DNA of 64,000 nucleotides from Candidatus Latescibacterota bacterium. Lineage in GTDB: Bacteria; Latescibacterota; UBA2968; GCA-2709665. Below the pieces are notes generated by a model. That model searched no databases and had not been told where the DNA came from. It worked only from the letters and a program-made list of their open reading frames with translations. Position numbers and translations under genes: made by a program. Where the stretch lies: assembly GCA_965237675.1 (NCBI GenBank), contig OZ250150.1:480001-544000 (forward strand), written 5' to 3'. Shown here one piece after another: positions 1 to 10,164 of the stretch. The stretch's first letter is position 1. Each line of letters opens with the position of its first letter.

Positions 1-1
1 C

Positions 2-2692
2 ACTTCACCACTGAAGTATTGGTTGACGACGCGGGCATGGCTAAATGATCAGTCCAGTGTCGAGCAACCGCTTGGCCGTCGCTGGCTGGTGCCACAGTCA
101 TTGCTGCGAGGCCAGCGCGACCGCTATTCACATCTCGACCCGCTGTCGGTTGATCTGACCCGAAGGTTAGATGCCCAGCCAGAGTTGAAGACAGCACTCA
201 TCCAACTCGAACTGAACGTCTACCCCACAGACGATGACCAAACTGGGCCTGAATTGCTTGACGCCCTAGCGACAGCCTGGACGACCAACAGAATCCCGGC
301 CGGACGATTCGACATCTTAGTGGGGCAGATACGCGACGCGTGGCGGCATCTTGCCCTGGACAGGGGACTCCCCAAGACGTTCCTGGTAAGGAAAGGCCGG
401 CGGCGGACGTTTGAGACACGTGGACTTGATGAGCTTGCGGACGTCTACCTTCCCGATCGAGGGGACCGAACTCGATCACTTCAAGATCACGAAAAGCAGA
501 TCTTGGAGATGCACACGTCTGATGCTAACCGCACTGCATCAAGACTAATAGCCGCGACTCGAATCAGACGGGCATCTTCGCTTGATGAATCGTTTCTCAT
601 TGACGACGAGCCCTGGACCAGCTTAGTTGACGGAATCCCGCCGCTGGACGAAACCAGATACGCTTGGCTACCCATCACGCTTCTCACTGTCGCTGCGCAG
701 GGTGGCACCAACCCTATGGGTGCAACGACCGTGGCGTGGCAACAGGCTGCGGAGAGGCTTCGGCGAGCCCGTGTCCTGGAGTGCGAGACCATTGCCGTTC
801 AGTTGATAGACGATGACCAAGTCGTTGCTTCAAACGAGCCAGCAGCACGTTGGTTGTCTGGGGACGTGTTGGCCATACGGCGCGATGTTGGACTGTCGTA
901 CGAGGTGCTCGCCCCGGCAGCCCAAGCAATACTGGATCGACAAGATCTCCTTAAGGACTCTCGGCTCGTATTGGGTGCGCTCGCCGACAAAGAGGAGCCA
1001 ACACCAAAGCAGATTGAGAAAGCATTGGAACGCGCGGAGATCGACTCGCAATCTCTCGCGGATGTCCGCCACCGTTGGTCAGGTAACATCAGCCTGATCC
1101 TGGATCGTATCCGGCCGGTGTTGTCGCTGTTTAGGATCGCCGACGACGGGCTTAATGCGGCAACGACAGACATCGATCATCTGACCGAATGGCTGTCCTC
1201 GAACCTTACGCAGTGGTCGGCTCAGGCCGCTATTTCGGCTGCTCAAAGAAGCCGGGACGACTCTGCAATGGGTGAGGCGGCTTGGCGCGCCATAGGCGAT
1301 GTCGCCCAACTCCCGGTCTGGAACAAAGCTCTCGCTACGCTTGGCGACGGGTATGCGACCGTCGAAAACCCCCGTGCCGCCGATCAGACGCAGGCCCACC
1401 TTGACGAAGCAATGCCTCTACTTCGTGGACTTGCTCGCTATATCGCTGTCGACCGGGACAATCCAGATCTGTTTATAAAGATCGAGGCCGTCAATCAGAG
1501 CTTTAAGGGTAACGACGATTGGTCAACACAATGGTGGGCAGTACCGTTTGAAGCCGTTATTGGCAAGCTGCGCGTCGATTACGCCAAAATCATTGGTTCC
1601 GAATTCCATCTGGAGGTGCTTAACGGAGCCAAGACCGTCGACGACCTGCGCACCGCATTTCATAGGAAAGGCATAGGAGTCGCTGACCCCTACGAGATTG
1701 CAGGTATGAACAAGATGCGGCTCGACGAAGTGCTCCTCAGCACACGCGATCTTCACCGAGAGTGGAAAGAGCTCGGGACGTCGAACTCGATAGCACATGT
1801 ACCTCCAGAAACACCGGCCGAATTGGATCCAGTGGCGTATCTGGGTCATTGGTCTGACTCAGAGTTGATTGAGCGAGCTCTCCGCATCATTGATGACGAG
1901 GACTTCATCAATGCTTGCAAGGGTTGTGAGAGCCTCGAAGAAATTCGTCAAGTACTCGAACTCACTTCCGAAAACATCCATGCCCGTCGCCAAGACCGGC
2001 TACGACGTGATCAGGAAGCGGAACGTCGTCGACGGACGTTTGGTGTTGCTGGTGCTCCCTTTGAAGTTGGAACGGAAAGCTACAGTGATCTATTCGAACG
2101 CCTAAACGGCCTCGCCGATCCCCAAGGACCAAACGTTGAGAAAGACGAGACGACTCCGCTGGCTGAAGCAGCCGAACGCATTGATGATCCGGGTGAAGGC
2201 GTTAGAAAGGCAAGTAGGATCTCACACTTACGCCCCTCGGACGATCTTCTCAACTTGGTGGGTGTCGTCGGCGAGATACACGCCTATCGCTTCTTGCGCG
2301 CGAAGTTTGGTAAGGACGTCGTGACTCGGGACGCATGGCTTTCTGAAAACCGACTGCAAGTTTTGCCGCTTGTGAAAGGAGAGCCGGATAGGACGAGCGA
2401 CAGCCATGGCTTCGATTTTCAGTTCATTCACCGCCGCATTAAGTGGTATGTCGAGGTTAAGGCGACCGCGGGCGTCGACTCACAGTTCGATCTCGGGATT
2501 AGCGAGATCTATGCGGCGACCAACCTTGCACGGCGGCGAGGTGGACGATGGCGGATCCTTCGGGTTCGCAATGCGCTGTCCGATCAACCAGAGGTCGAAT
2601 GGCTACCAAATCCGTTCGAAGAGGACTACAAGAAACACTTCCGCTTGGACAATAGCGGAATGAGGGTATCCTATATGCGCAAGAAAATTTGA
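2..2692 (+). CDS. Large protein with C-terminal DUF3883 (NO VEIN-like PD-(D/E)xK nuclease) domain; 5' end outside window
   Basis: Frame is open from position 2. C-terminus has GxxGE..AY (VGVVGEIHAY), D..GFDF, VEVKAT and LGISE motifs typical of DUF3883. Confidence 0.75.
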   Translation, partial: TSPLKYWLTTRAWLNDQSSVEQPLGRRWLVPQSLLRGQRDRYSHLDPLSVDLTRRLDAQPELKTALIQLELNVYPTDDDQTGPELLDALATAWTTNRIPAGRFDILVGQIRDAWRHLALDRGLPKTFLVRKGRRRTFETRGLDELADVYLPDRGDRTRSLQDHEKQILEMHTSDANRTASRLIAATRIRRASSLDESFLIDDEPWTSLVDGIPPLDETRYAWLPITLLTVAAQGGTNPMGATTVAWQQAAERLRRARVLECETIAVQLIDDDQVVASNEPAARWLSGDVLAIRRDVGLSYEVLAPAAQAILDRQDLLKDSRLVLGALADKEEPTPKQIEKALERAEIDSQSLADVRHRWSGNISLILDRIRPVLSLFRIADDGLNAATTDIDHLTEWLSSNLTQWSAQAAISAAQRSRDDSAMGEAAWRAIGDVAQLPVWNKALATLGDGYATVENPRAADQTQAHLDEAMPLLRGLARYIAVDRDNPDLFIKIEAVNQSFKGNDDWSTQWWAVPFEAVIGKLRVDYAKIIGSEFHLEVLNGAKTVDDLRTAFHRKGIGVADPYEIAGMNKMRLDEVLLSTRDLHREWKELGTSNSIAHVPPETPAELDPVAYLGHWSDSELIERALRIIDDEDFINACKGCESLEEIRQVLELTSENIHARRQDRLRRDQEAERRRRTFGVAGAPFEVGTESYSDLFERLNGLADPQGPNVEKDETTPLAEAAERIDDPGEGVRKASRISHLRPSDDLLNLVGVVGEIHAYRFLRAKFGKDVVTRDAWLSENRLQVLPLVKGEPDRTSDSHGFDFQFIHRRIKWYVEVKATAGVDSQFDLGISEIYAATNLARRRGGRWRILRVRNALSDQPEVEWLPNPFEEDYKKHFRLDNSGMRVSYMRKKI

Positions 2693-2731
2693 ATACACTG
2701 CTACGGCCAATACATCCTTGCCTGGCCAACT

Positions 2732-2775
2732 GCGAGCCGAAATCGTGATCCCGCACGAATCGGCTCGTTTTTTTT
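2732..2775 (+). terminator. Rho-independent terminator
   Basis: CGAGCCGA...TCGGCTCG stem followed by a T8 tract, 40 nt after the stop at 2692. Confidence 0.7.
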
Positions 2776-2958
2776 GACAAGCGTACCTTGGCGTTTGTCA
2801 GCACAGTAGAACGGCGAGTACGGTGGGACCCGTTTTGGAGACCCCACGCCCCCTAGCACTTTCAGACGGTTAAGAAAACAAAAGGGTTTATATTGGGCAC
2901 TGGAGGAAAGCAGTTTGTCCCCAGCTTGCCGGAGGTTTTGCGACAAGAATGGGGCCTG

Positions 2959-3009
2959 TTTCCTTTCGGATAACCTTCTTTCCTTTCGGATAACCTTCTT
3001 TCCTTTCGG
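2959..3009. repeat. 20-bp tandem repeat (TTTCCTTTCGGATAACCTTC x2.5)
   Basis: Two exact copies plus an 11-bp partial copy, ending 8 nt before the ATG at 3018. Confidence 0.9.
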
Positions 3010-3017
3010 GTTGATTA

Positions 3018-5204
3018 ATGACAATACAGGTCGAAGGCAGTGTTCGGGAAATGGCATCGGAACGCGGGCTGGAGAACGTCTGCGTTTCCAACGGGGAGCA
3101 CGTGGTGCGGACGGATGCCAACGGGCGCTACGCCCTGGAGATATCGCCGGGCGGGCATCGGTTCATTTTCGTCACGGTTCCCGGCGGTTACCGGCTCGGT
3201 GAGGCTTTCTACCGGTCAACGCTCGGATGGTCCGGCGACCAACGCGGGGTCGATTTCGAGCTCGCAAGACTGCCGGATGCGGACCGGCGAGACTTTTCAA
3301 TGGCCCATATCAGCGATACCCACGTCGTGCTGGACGAAGAACGGATACAGGGTAAAGTGCTGTCGCAGGATCTGCGACAGCTTGAGCGGGAAGCCCACCC
3401 GGACCTGATCGTTGCGAGCGGGGATCTGACCGATTGGGGGACGCTGGAGGAACTCGAACAGTTTCACGCTGCGATTAAAAGCATTTCGACGCCGGTAATG
3501 CCCATGTTCGGCGGGCACGACGGAAATCACGAGCGTTTCGGCGACCTGACTGTCGACGAGCTTGTCGCAATGAAACACAGGAGGGAATACGCAAAGATCG
3601 AGGAGATCCTGAAGCAGCGCGAAGGTGAACCCTTCACGCGCAACTATGAACAGGTACTCGGCCCCCCGTATTACAGTTTCGATCGCGGGCGATGGCATTT
3701 TGTCCTCTATCCGAACGAGGATAATTTCTACCCGCCGCCGGACCGGAAGGGTAAGGAAGACTGGCTGTGGGCGGACTTGGCGCAGCAGCAGCCGGACCGT
3801 GAAATCGTCGTGCTCCTGCATAAACCGCCGTCCATTCCTTTCCTGAATTCGTTGAGTCCGTACCGGGTAAAGCTGGTCATGCATGGGCACTGGCACTCCA
3901 GCAAGGTGTTCACCCGGAACGGGATTGTCGTTGCGGCGGTACCGCCGCTCTGTTTCGGCGGTCTGGATACACGGCCGCGGGGTTATCGTTTCGTTGAGTT
4001 TCGAGAGGCGGATTTCGAGTTCGGGCTCAGGCCTCTCACACGGACCGCCAGCCCGTTGCCCCGTCAAGATAGTGATCCGATTTCGCTCGACGAGGCGGGC
4101 AAGAGCCTTCGGCTTCTCTGGACGCATCGTCTTCCGGTGGGGCTGCACCGGGCGGCGCCGGTCCGTTCCGGCGATCGAATCCTCGTGAGCCTGGCCGACG
4201 AAGGATATCCCGCGCAGAGCGGCGTCGCCTGCGTCAACGCACGAAGCGGCGCGCTTTCGTGGCGGATGTTTACGGATACTTCGGTGAAAAACAGCGTGGC
4301 CGTGACGCCTCCCGCGGAATCGGCAGAAGACGAATCGGATTTGTGTGCGGCGGTGTCCGTTGCCGGTAGAGTGTATGTCATTGAAACGGGCTCAGGTCGC
4401 ATTCGCTGGCAGGCCGACCTGCCCGGTTTTCCGGAACGGTGGATCTATGCCTCTCCGGTGATTGACGGCGAGACGGTGTACGCCGGCGGCAAAGCCGGTA
4501 TCGGCGCTTACGACCTCAATACCGGGGGCCAAAAGTGGTACGCTGAAATCGAAGGCGGCGACGGCTGGCCCTGCTACGCGAGCCCACAGGTCTGCGGCGA
4601 CCTGCTCATTGTGCTCGTCCAGCGACGAGGGCTATTGGCGTTGGACAGGCGCAAAGGGACCGTGGTCTGGGAGCGCACCCTGGGCGTCGAAAATCCCTAT
4701 GCTCGGCCCGTAGTGGATCGCGGCATGCTGGTCAGCGGGAGCGACGCCCCCAGTCTTCACTGGTTTGAAGGGGACCCGGCGCATCTGGCTGTCATGAGAG
4801 TCGATACCGGCAGGTTGATATGGCACCGGCCCGTGCTTCCGTCGAGGTATCCCACCGGGCTTGCGGTGAGGGACGAACGGTTGTACGCGACAACGCCGGA
4901 CGGCGAGGCATTGTGTTTCGACATCCCATCGGGTGCGTTGTTGTGGCGCTTCCAGTCGGGCAATGATCTAATGGACATGGTTCCTGCGCGCCGCGGGGTT
5001 CGATCCATCCTTGCGGCGCCGGTTATCCATAAGGACTGTCTGCTCATATGTGGCGTAGACGGTTGCCTGTACATACTGAACGCCCGGACCGGCGCATGCA
5101 TCAGCCGTACGGACCTGGGCTCCCCGATCGCGGCCGCTCCATGTCTAACGGAGGACGGGTTCTGCGTGGGTACCTATGACGGGCGGATATGTGGCTTTGG
5201 ATAA
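3018..5204 (+). CDS. Calcineurin-like metallophosphoesterase fused to PQQ-type beta-propeller repeats
   Basis: N-terminal VSNG..TDANGRY; motifs DTH, GDLTD, GGHD and GHWH; C-terminal repeats of the form (D)xxTG..W..ASP. Confidence 0.85.
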   Translation: MTIQVEGSVREMASERGLENVCVSNGEHVVRTDANGRYALEISPGGHRFIFVTVPGGYRLGEAFYRSTLGWSGDQRGVDFELARLPDADRRDFSMAHISDTHVVLDEERIQGKVLSQDLRQLEREAHPDLIVASGDLTDWGTLEELEQFHAAIKSISTPVMPMFGGHDGNHERFGDLTVDELVAMKHRREYAKIEEILKQREGEPFTRNYEQVLGPPYYSFDRGRWHFVLYPNEDNFYPPPDRKGKEDWLWADLAQQQPDREIVVLLHKPPSIPFLNSLSPYRVKLVMHGHWHSSKVFTRNGIVVAAVPPLCFGGLDTRPRGYRFVEFREADFEFGLRPLTRTASPLPRQDSDPISLDEAGKSLRLLWTHRLPVGLHRAAPVRSGDRILVSLADEGYPAQSGVACVNARSGALSWRMFTDTSVKNSVAVTPPAESAEDESDLCAAVSVAGRVYVIETGSGRIRWQADLPGFPERWIYASPVIDGETVYAGGKAGIGAYDLNTGGQKWYAEIEGGDGWPCYASPQVCGDLLIVLVQRRGLLALDRRKGTVVWERTLGVENPYARPVVDRGMLVSGSDAPSLHWFEGDPAHLAVMRVDTGRLIWHRPVLPSRYPTGLAVRDERLYATTPDGEALCFDIPSGALLWRFQSGNDLMDMVPARRGVRSILAAPVIHKDCLLICGVDGCLYILNARTGACISRTDLGSPIAAAPCLTEDGFCVGTYDGRICGFG

Positions 5205-5418
5205 CGGGCCTGATGAGGAAGGAGAGCACACCGTTCAACTTCATGCTGTTTCTGTCCAATGCGGTGGCAAACTTGCCCGGGTGACGTAAGTCATTACATT
5301 CCCATCGCTTCGCCCGATTGGTGCCTGGACGGCTTCCCTGCGACAGACAGGCGCGGGTTTGTGCGACCTTGACAAGCTGGCGAGTAAGTGATAAATGATT
5401 ATATGCTATCTCGTCTGT

Positions 5419-5462
5419 TTGTCAAATTCAACCTTGACAATTGCTCTAATAAGAACTAAATT
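5419..5462 (+). promoter_or_regulatory. Sigma70 promoter (TTGACA-17-TAAATT) overlapped by inverted repeat TTGTCAA-N8-TTGACAA
   Basis: -35 at 5434-5439 and -10 at 5457-5462. ACCTTGACAA also occurs at 5366-5375. AbiEi proteins are known to autorepress via promoter inverted repeats. Confidence 0.6.
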
Positions 5463-5472
5463 CATTACGTCT

Positions 5473-6309
5473 ATGTCGACTGATCATCAAAAAAGGGGTC
5501 CGGTGAGGCTCAATGAATTCCTGGCGCAGCACGCCGTGTTCACGGTAGACGAGTTGGATCGCTTCCTGGCCGATCGGGGGTCAGGCAACACGAATACCCG
5601 CAAGTCGCTGCTGACCTACCACCGCAAGCGAGGTCGGGTCGTCCGGGTTCGCCGCGGACTTTATGCGGCCGTTCCCTGGGGAACGGACCCGGCATCCACG
5701 CCGGTCGATCCGTATCTCGTGGCGGCCAAAATGACCGGGGACGCGGTGCTGGCCTACCACACGGCGATGGAATTCCATGGAAGGGCCTACTCGGTCCATT
5801 GGAGACTGGTCTACGTCTCGGCGAGCAAGTCGCTACCACTCACGTTCCAATCTCATACATTCCGTAGCGCCCCCGTGCCGCCGCCACTCCGGGCAAGGGG
5901 CGAGGAAATGTTCGGAGTCGCCCGCCACAAGCGCTCCGGCGTAGAAGTCCGGGTTACCAACCATGAAAGGACCCTGGTCGATGTTCTGGATCGACCGGAC
6001 CTGACAGGAAGCTGGGAAGAGATATGGCGGTCTCTGGAGGCGGTGGAGTTCTTCGATCTGGATCAGGTCATCGAGTACGCTATTTTGCTGGAAAATGCGA
6101 CGACCGCGGCGAAGGTGGGATTCTTTCTGGAACAACACAGGGACTCACTGATGGTTGAAGAGGCCCACCTGGATACGCTGCGCAAGATGCGTCCTCGTCA
6201 GCCCCACTATCTGGAGCGGAAAAACTCCAAAGGCTGCCGACTGGTCAAAGGCTGGAACCTGATGATACCCGCCGAAATCCTGAATCGAGCCTGGGAGGAA
6301 ATTCTGTGA
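5473..6309 (+). CDS. Type IV TA antitoxin AbiEi-family transcriptional regulator
   Basis: wHTH with VRRGLY, LAYHTA..HG and VTNHERTLVD motifs. Overlaps the next gene by GTGA. Start is 5473 (ATG) or 5503 (GTG). Confidence 0.85.
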   Translation: MSTDHQKRGPVRLNEFLAQHAVFTVDELDRFLADRGSGNTNTRKSLLTYHRKRGRVVRVRRGLYAAVPWGTDPASTPVDPYLVAAKMTGDAVLAYHTAMEFHGRAYSVHWRLVYVSASKSLPLTFQSHTFRSAPVPPPLRARGEEMFGVARHKRSGVEVRVTNHERTLVDVLDRPDLTGSWEEIWRSLEAVEFFDLDQVIEYAILLENATTAAKVGFFLEQHRDSLMVEEAHLDTLRKMRPRQPHYLERKNSKGCRLVKGWNLMIPAEILNRAWEEIL

Positions 6310-7274
6310 GATTCACTGTTTCAGAAATCCTTCCCTCAGCAAGAGCCAACGGGTTCAACGAGGAAGTAGTCAAGAAGGTTCTCCATCTGTTGCATCTCTT
6401 GACAACTCTGAACACTCATCCGTCGCTCAAGGGGAAGTGGGTCCTGAAGGGCGGCACGGCCTTGAATCTATTTGTGTTCCGCCATCCCAGGTTGTCTGTA
6501 GACATCGACCTCAACTACATCGGCGCGTTGGGTCGCGAGGAAATGCTGGCGGAACGGCCAAGGATCGAGCAGGCGGCTCAGGCGGTCTTTTCCCGAGAAG
6601 GTTTCGCCATCCGGAATGTACCGGTCGTACATGCAGGTGGAAAGTGGCGGTTGAACTACGCAAGCTACACCGGACAATCCAGGAACCTCGACGTAGATTT
6701 GAATTTCATGTTCAGACAGCCGCTTTGGGAGCTTCACCATGTCGATTCTCATCCAATCGGCGACTTCCAGGCCAAGGGCATCCCCGTTCTTGATATACAC
6801 GAACTCGTGGCCGGAAAGCTTTCGGCTTTATTTTCCCGCAGACAAGCGAGAGATCTGTTCGACTGCCATCAGGTACTCCATACGGACGATCTCCAGCACG
6901 ACCGGCTCCGCATCGCCTTCGTCGTGTATGGAGGGATGAACCGCAAGGACTGGAGGACCGTCTCGGTGGAAGATGTGGAATACGACGGCGCGGAATTTGA
7001 GGGACAACTCGGTCCCACTCTTCGCGAACCCAAATTGCGAGAGCGAGCGGCGTTGGCGGAATTCGGGGCGCATCTTGTAGAGGAATGCAAGAATGCTCTG
7101 TGTGCCGTCCTACCGTTTACAGATTCGGAGCGCTCATTCCTCGACCTGTTGCTTGATGAGGGGGAAATCGATGCGAAAATCCTGACCTCCGAAGCGACCC
7201 TGCGGGAGCGCATCCAGGCCCAGCCGCTTCTCCAATGGAAAGCATTTAACGTGCGGCGTCACAAGGATTTGTAG
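6306..7274 (+). CDS. Nucleotidyltransferase AbiEii/AbiGii toxin family
   Basis: LKGGTALNL, RLSVDIDL and K..AL..R.QARDLFD motifs. Confidence 0.9.
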   Translation: MRFTVSEILPSARANGFNEEVVKKVLHLLHLLTTLNTHPSLKGKWVLKGGTALNLFVFRHPRLSVDIDLNYIGALGREEMLAERPRIEQAAQAVFSREGFAIRNVPVVHAGGKWRLNYASYTGQSRNLDVDLNFMFRQPLWELHHVDSHPIGDFQAKGIPVLDIHELVAGKLSALFSRRQARDLFDCHQVLHTDDLQHDRLRIAFVVYGGMNRKDWRTVSVEDVEYDGAEFEGQLGPTLREPKLRERAALAEFGAHLVEECKNALCAVLPFTDSERSFLDLLLDEGEIDAKILTSEATLRERIQAQPLLQWKAFNVRRHKDL

Positions 7275-7379
7275 CATTCCCCGAGGCTCTCAACTCCTGA
7301 AGCCCGGCAGTCTCTGTTCGACAATATTCACGGTGGCGATGTATTTTGCAGTTAGAGATCGCGAGATCACGGAGGTTCC

Positions 7380-8381
7380 ATGATGAAGCCCGTACAATCA
7401 CAGCCCTGGGAACGACCGGACACGCCTATTTTCAGCAATTCACCGCCGCCTCAACCGTGGATGCGATGTAACATATACTGTCCGCGTGTCATTTACGCCG
7501 AGGGTAAGTACCGGATGTGGTTTTCCGGTTCGGAGGTGCGTCCGACGCTGTACAGAACGTGTATCGGATACGCCGAATCGGACGACGGCCTCGCCTGGAC
7601 GCTCCACCCCGACAATCCGATTCTGACGGCCGACAGTCTTACATGGGGTCAGAGCCTGCATACCCCCAGAGTGCTGTACGACGAGGACGAGCAACATTAC
7701 AAGATGTGGTTCCTGAGCACGACCCACGTGGAGTATCGGGACGACGGCATCCTCGCGAATGATATCGGGTCGGCCATGGGGTATGCCACAAGCCAGGACG
7801 GGATCCGCTGGGATTTCTGGCCCGAGCCCCTGATCCGGGAATGCCGGGCGCCGTGCGTTCACAAGGAAGACGGCCGCTATCGTATGTGGCTCAACGCCAG
7901 GCCCAACCCCGATGACTCGTGGGAAACGGCCTATGCGTACGTCTACGAATACGCGTCGGAGGATGGGATTGCATGGACGCGGCGTGAACACCCGGCGGTT
8001 CAGGCAACGGGCAACACGAAGTCGTGCGTCTATCCGGAAGTTCATAAGATCAATGGGACGTATTACATGTGGCATATCGGACATCTGAAGAAGAAGGACG
8101 GTCCGATGAATATGGTCTACCACGAGATCTTCTGCGATACGTCGACAGATGGAATTAACTGGACGCTGAATCACGAGACCCCCGCGTTTGCCGCCTCGCG
8201 GGATCTGGAACGTTTCGACTGGAAGACGGTATCGACGCCGTGCGTGGTGGATATCGGCGACACGTTGCGGCTGTATTACGCGGGGTGCAATCTGAAGACA
8301 AATTTCAATCTGTTCGAGGGTGGCGACAACGGCGAGGGGATGCATATCGCCGTGGCGACAATGGCCAAAGATCAATTGTAG
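7380..8381 (+). CDS. Five-bladed beta-propeller glycoside hydrolase-like protein
   Basis: Repeated P.V....G.Y.MW / GYA.S.DG..W blades; GGAGG RBS. Confidence 0.7.
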   Translation: MMKPVQSQPWERPDTPIFSNSPPPQPWMRCNIYCPRVIYAEGKYRMWFSGSEVRPTLYRTCIGYAESDDGLAWTLHPDNPILTADSLTWGQSLHTPRVLYDEDEQHYKMWFLSTTHVEYRDDGILANDIGSAMGYATSQDGIRWDFWPEPLIRECRAPCVHKEDGRYRMWLNARPNPDDSWETAYAYVYEYASEDGIAWTRREHPAVQATGNTKSCVYPEVHKINGTYYMWHIGHLKKKDGPMNMVYHEIFCDTSTDGINWTLNHETPAFAASRDLERFDWKTVSTPCVVDIGDTLRLYYAGCNLKTNFNLFEGGDNGEGMHIAVATMAKDQL

Positions 8382-8441
8382 AGCCCATGGGGGTATGTCA
8401 TATACCAAAGTGGAAGACCAGGCGGTGAAACAGGAGCCGGT

Positions 8442-9320
8442 ATGCCGCGTGCAATCGATTTGACATTGGAGGTTCTGAAGGCCGACGATATCTTTCCCAT
8501 ACCGGACCGGAAGAGCCGGATGAAGTGGAACGGACCCTGGTGGCACATGGCGACGCTGTACGAGATGGGGGAATCCGCGCGTATTCCGGAATCGGCCGTC
8601 ATCAAGGCGCTGGAACTGCTGAAGAATGGCGCCTGGCCCAGGTTCGTCATCACACGCGAGGATGCGCCGCGGCACGTTGCGGATCGGGCAAAAATGGACT
8701 GTTGCCACTGCGAGTTAGGCGTATTTTACATGATACTGGCATCGTGTGGATGCGACGTGGATGCCGAACTGCCCTGGATGCGAGAGTGGTTCGTGCAACA
8801 CCAATTGCCGGACGGCGGCTTGAATTGCTCGCCGGTTGCCTATCGCGGGTCAGGAAAAAGCTCCATCGTTTCTACGCTGCCGCCACTGGAAGCCGTTCTC
8901 TTCTTCACCAATCGAAAATACACAGACGCCGAAGAGAACTTCGTGGCTGAGGGCGCGCGGTACCTCATTGAACATCGCCTGGTTTGCTCGAAGATAGACG
9001 GCCGTGTCATCAACCGCGCGTGGTTGAAGCCGCTCTTTCCCCGCTTCTTCGAATACGATATCCTCCGGGGGATGTACTTTTTGGTCGAGTGGTCCGGAAG
9101 AACCGGGAGATCGCTTCCCGTTGAGGTACTCAAGGATGGCCTTGACCGGCTCCGTTGCCAAATCGGCTCATCCGGGGTGGTCATCGGAAGACATGTGAAT
9201 GATAAAAACGGCGGGTGGCACGGGAGCACGTTCCCGCTTCTTGAGTCGGTCGGCGCCGTTGGGACGGTATCGCCATTCCTTACGAACCAGTTGAACACGG
9301 TGCTCCATGCCGTTCGTTAG
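8442..9320 (+). CDS. Prenyltransferase/squalene-cyclase-repeat-like protein
   Basis: QLPDGGLNC QW-type motif and FP.F.EYD.LRG segment; GGAG RBS. Confidence 0.55.
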   Translation: MPRAIDLTLEVLKADDIFPIPDRKSRMKWNGPWWHMATLYEMGESARIPESAVIKALELLKNGAWPRFVITREDAPRHVADRAKMDCCHCELGVFYMILASCGCDVDAELPWMREWFVQHQLPDGGLNCSPVAYRGSGKSSIVSTLPPLEAVLFFTNRKYTDAEENFVAEGARYLIEHRLVCSKIDGRVINRAWLKPLFPRFFEYDILRGMYFLVEWSGRTGRSLPVEVLKDGLDRLRCQIGSSGVVIGRHVNDKNGGWHGSTFPLLESVGAVGTVSPFLTNQLNTVLHAVR

Positions 9321-9445
9321 CCTTCTTTCCCGGAAATAAATCGCCGAAAATCGCCCGGTCCGAAAGGCGACTGCACCCTTAGCCGCTCCCTGAGCCTGCG
9401 GTCTCTGCGCCTTGCCCTGAGCTTGGCAAAAGGGGCAGCGGAATG
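9318..9445 (+). repeat. Partial MITE-like element (copy A) followed by REP-like palindrome
   Basis: TAGCCTTCTTTCCCGGAAATAAATCGCCGAAAATCGCCCG matches the reverse complement of the right end of the 46541-46703 element. CTTGCCCTGAG motif here recurs near 9543. Confidence 0.55.
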
Positions 9446-9766
9446 TGGTACGAAGCCAAACCGCGCGGCGGCCCGTCCCGGTCTACCTCATGGCCGCCCG
9501 GTCGCGGTGAGGGGGCTCTTCCGCGCTATTCCGTCCGTTGGCCTTGCCCTGAGTGTACCTCAAGCGTTCGCAGGGCAGTAAGTTCGGTGTACTTCACTGT
9601 CGTAATTCGCGGAAGAGCAGCCCCGCGGCGTCTGAGCGGCGCCCTTCTTTTTCGCCCTTTTTCTTGGGCGATGCAAGAAAAAAGGCAAGGGAATAGGGGA
9701 CGTTTGGGGTGGGTGAATTTCGACCTTCAGTATATTCCCTTGACCCGAAACCGGGAGGCACAACCC

Positions 9767-10123
9767 ATGACGGCGGCGCGATATATCGTCTTTACGGACA
9801 ACGTCGAACGCATGGTTTCGTTCTACCGGGACCGGATGAAGATGACGATCCTGATGCCCCCGGAAGCGATTGACCACGACCCCGAAGGCTGGGTTCGATT
9901 GGTCAGCGGAGGGGTGGAGGTCGCCATCCACTGCGCAGGAAAACCCGGTTGCGCCGGGCGGAATCGAAACAAACTCGTCTTCATTGTCAAAGACGTCGGT
10001 TCAGCGCGCGAGGAACTTCGGAAAGCCGGCGTACGGATGGGAGAGCATCATTTCTACCCAAAGTCCGAATGTTGCGACTTCAAGGATCCCGATGGAAACA
10101 AGCTGCAGATTTCGAATCGGTGA
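9767..10123 (+). CDS. VOC/glyoxalase family protein
   Basis: FTDNVERMVSFYRD...FKDPDGNKLQI; GGGAGG RBS before ATG 9767. Confidence 0.8.
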   Translation: MTAARYIVFTDNVERMVSFYRDRMKMTILMPPEAIDHDPEGWVRLVSGGVEVAIHCAGKPGCAGRNRNKLVFIVKDVGSAREELRKAGVRMGEHHFYPKSECCDFKDPDGNKLQISNR

Positions 10124-10164
10124 TGTCGGGGACCGTTTCAATCTCGAAAAAAGAGGAGAATCCC

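Noticed and set aside
2821-2834. 14-bp match CGGTGGGACCCGTT, also near 59085, as an att pair
   Set aside because: The interval would include core ribosomal genes and no integrase is present; probably chance.
2959-3009. Possible CRISPR array
   Set aside because: Repeats are contiguous with no spacers, and there are no cas genes in the window.
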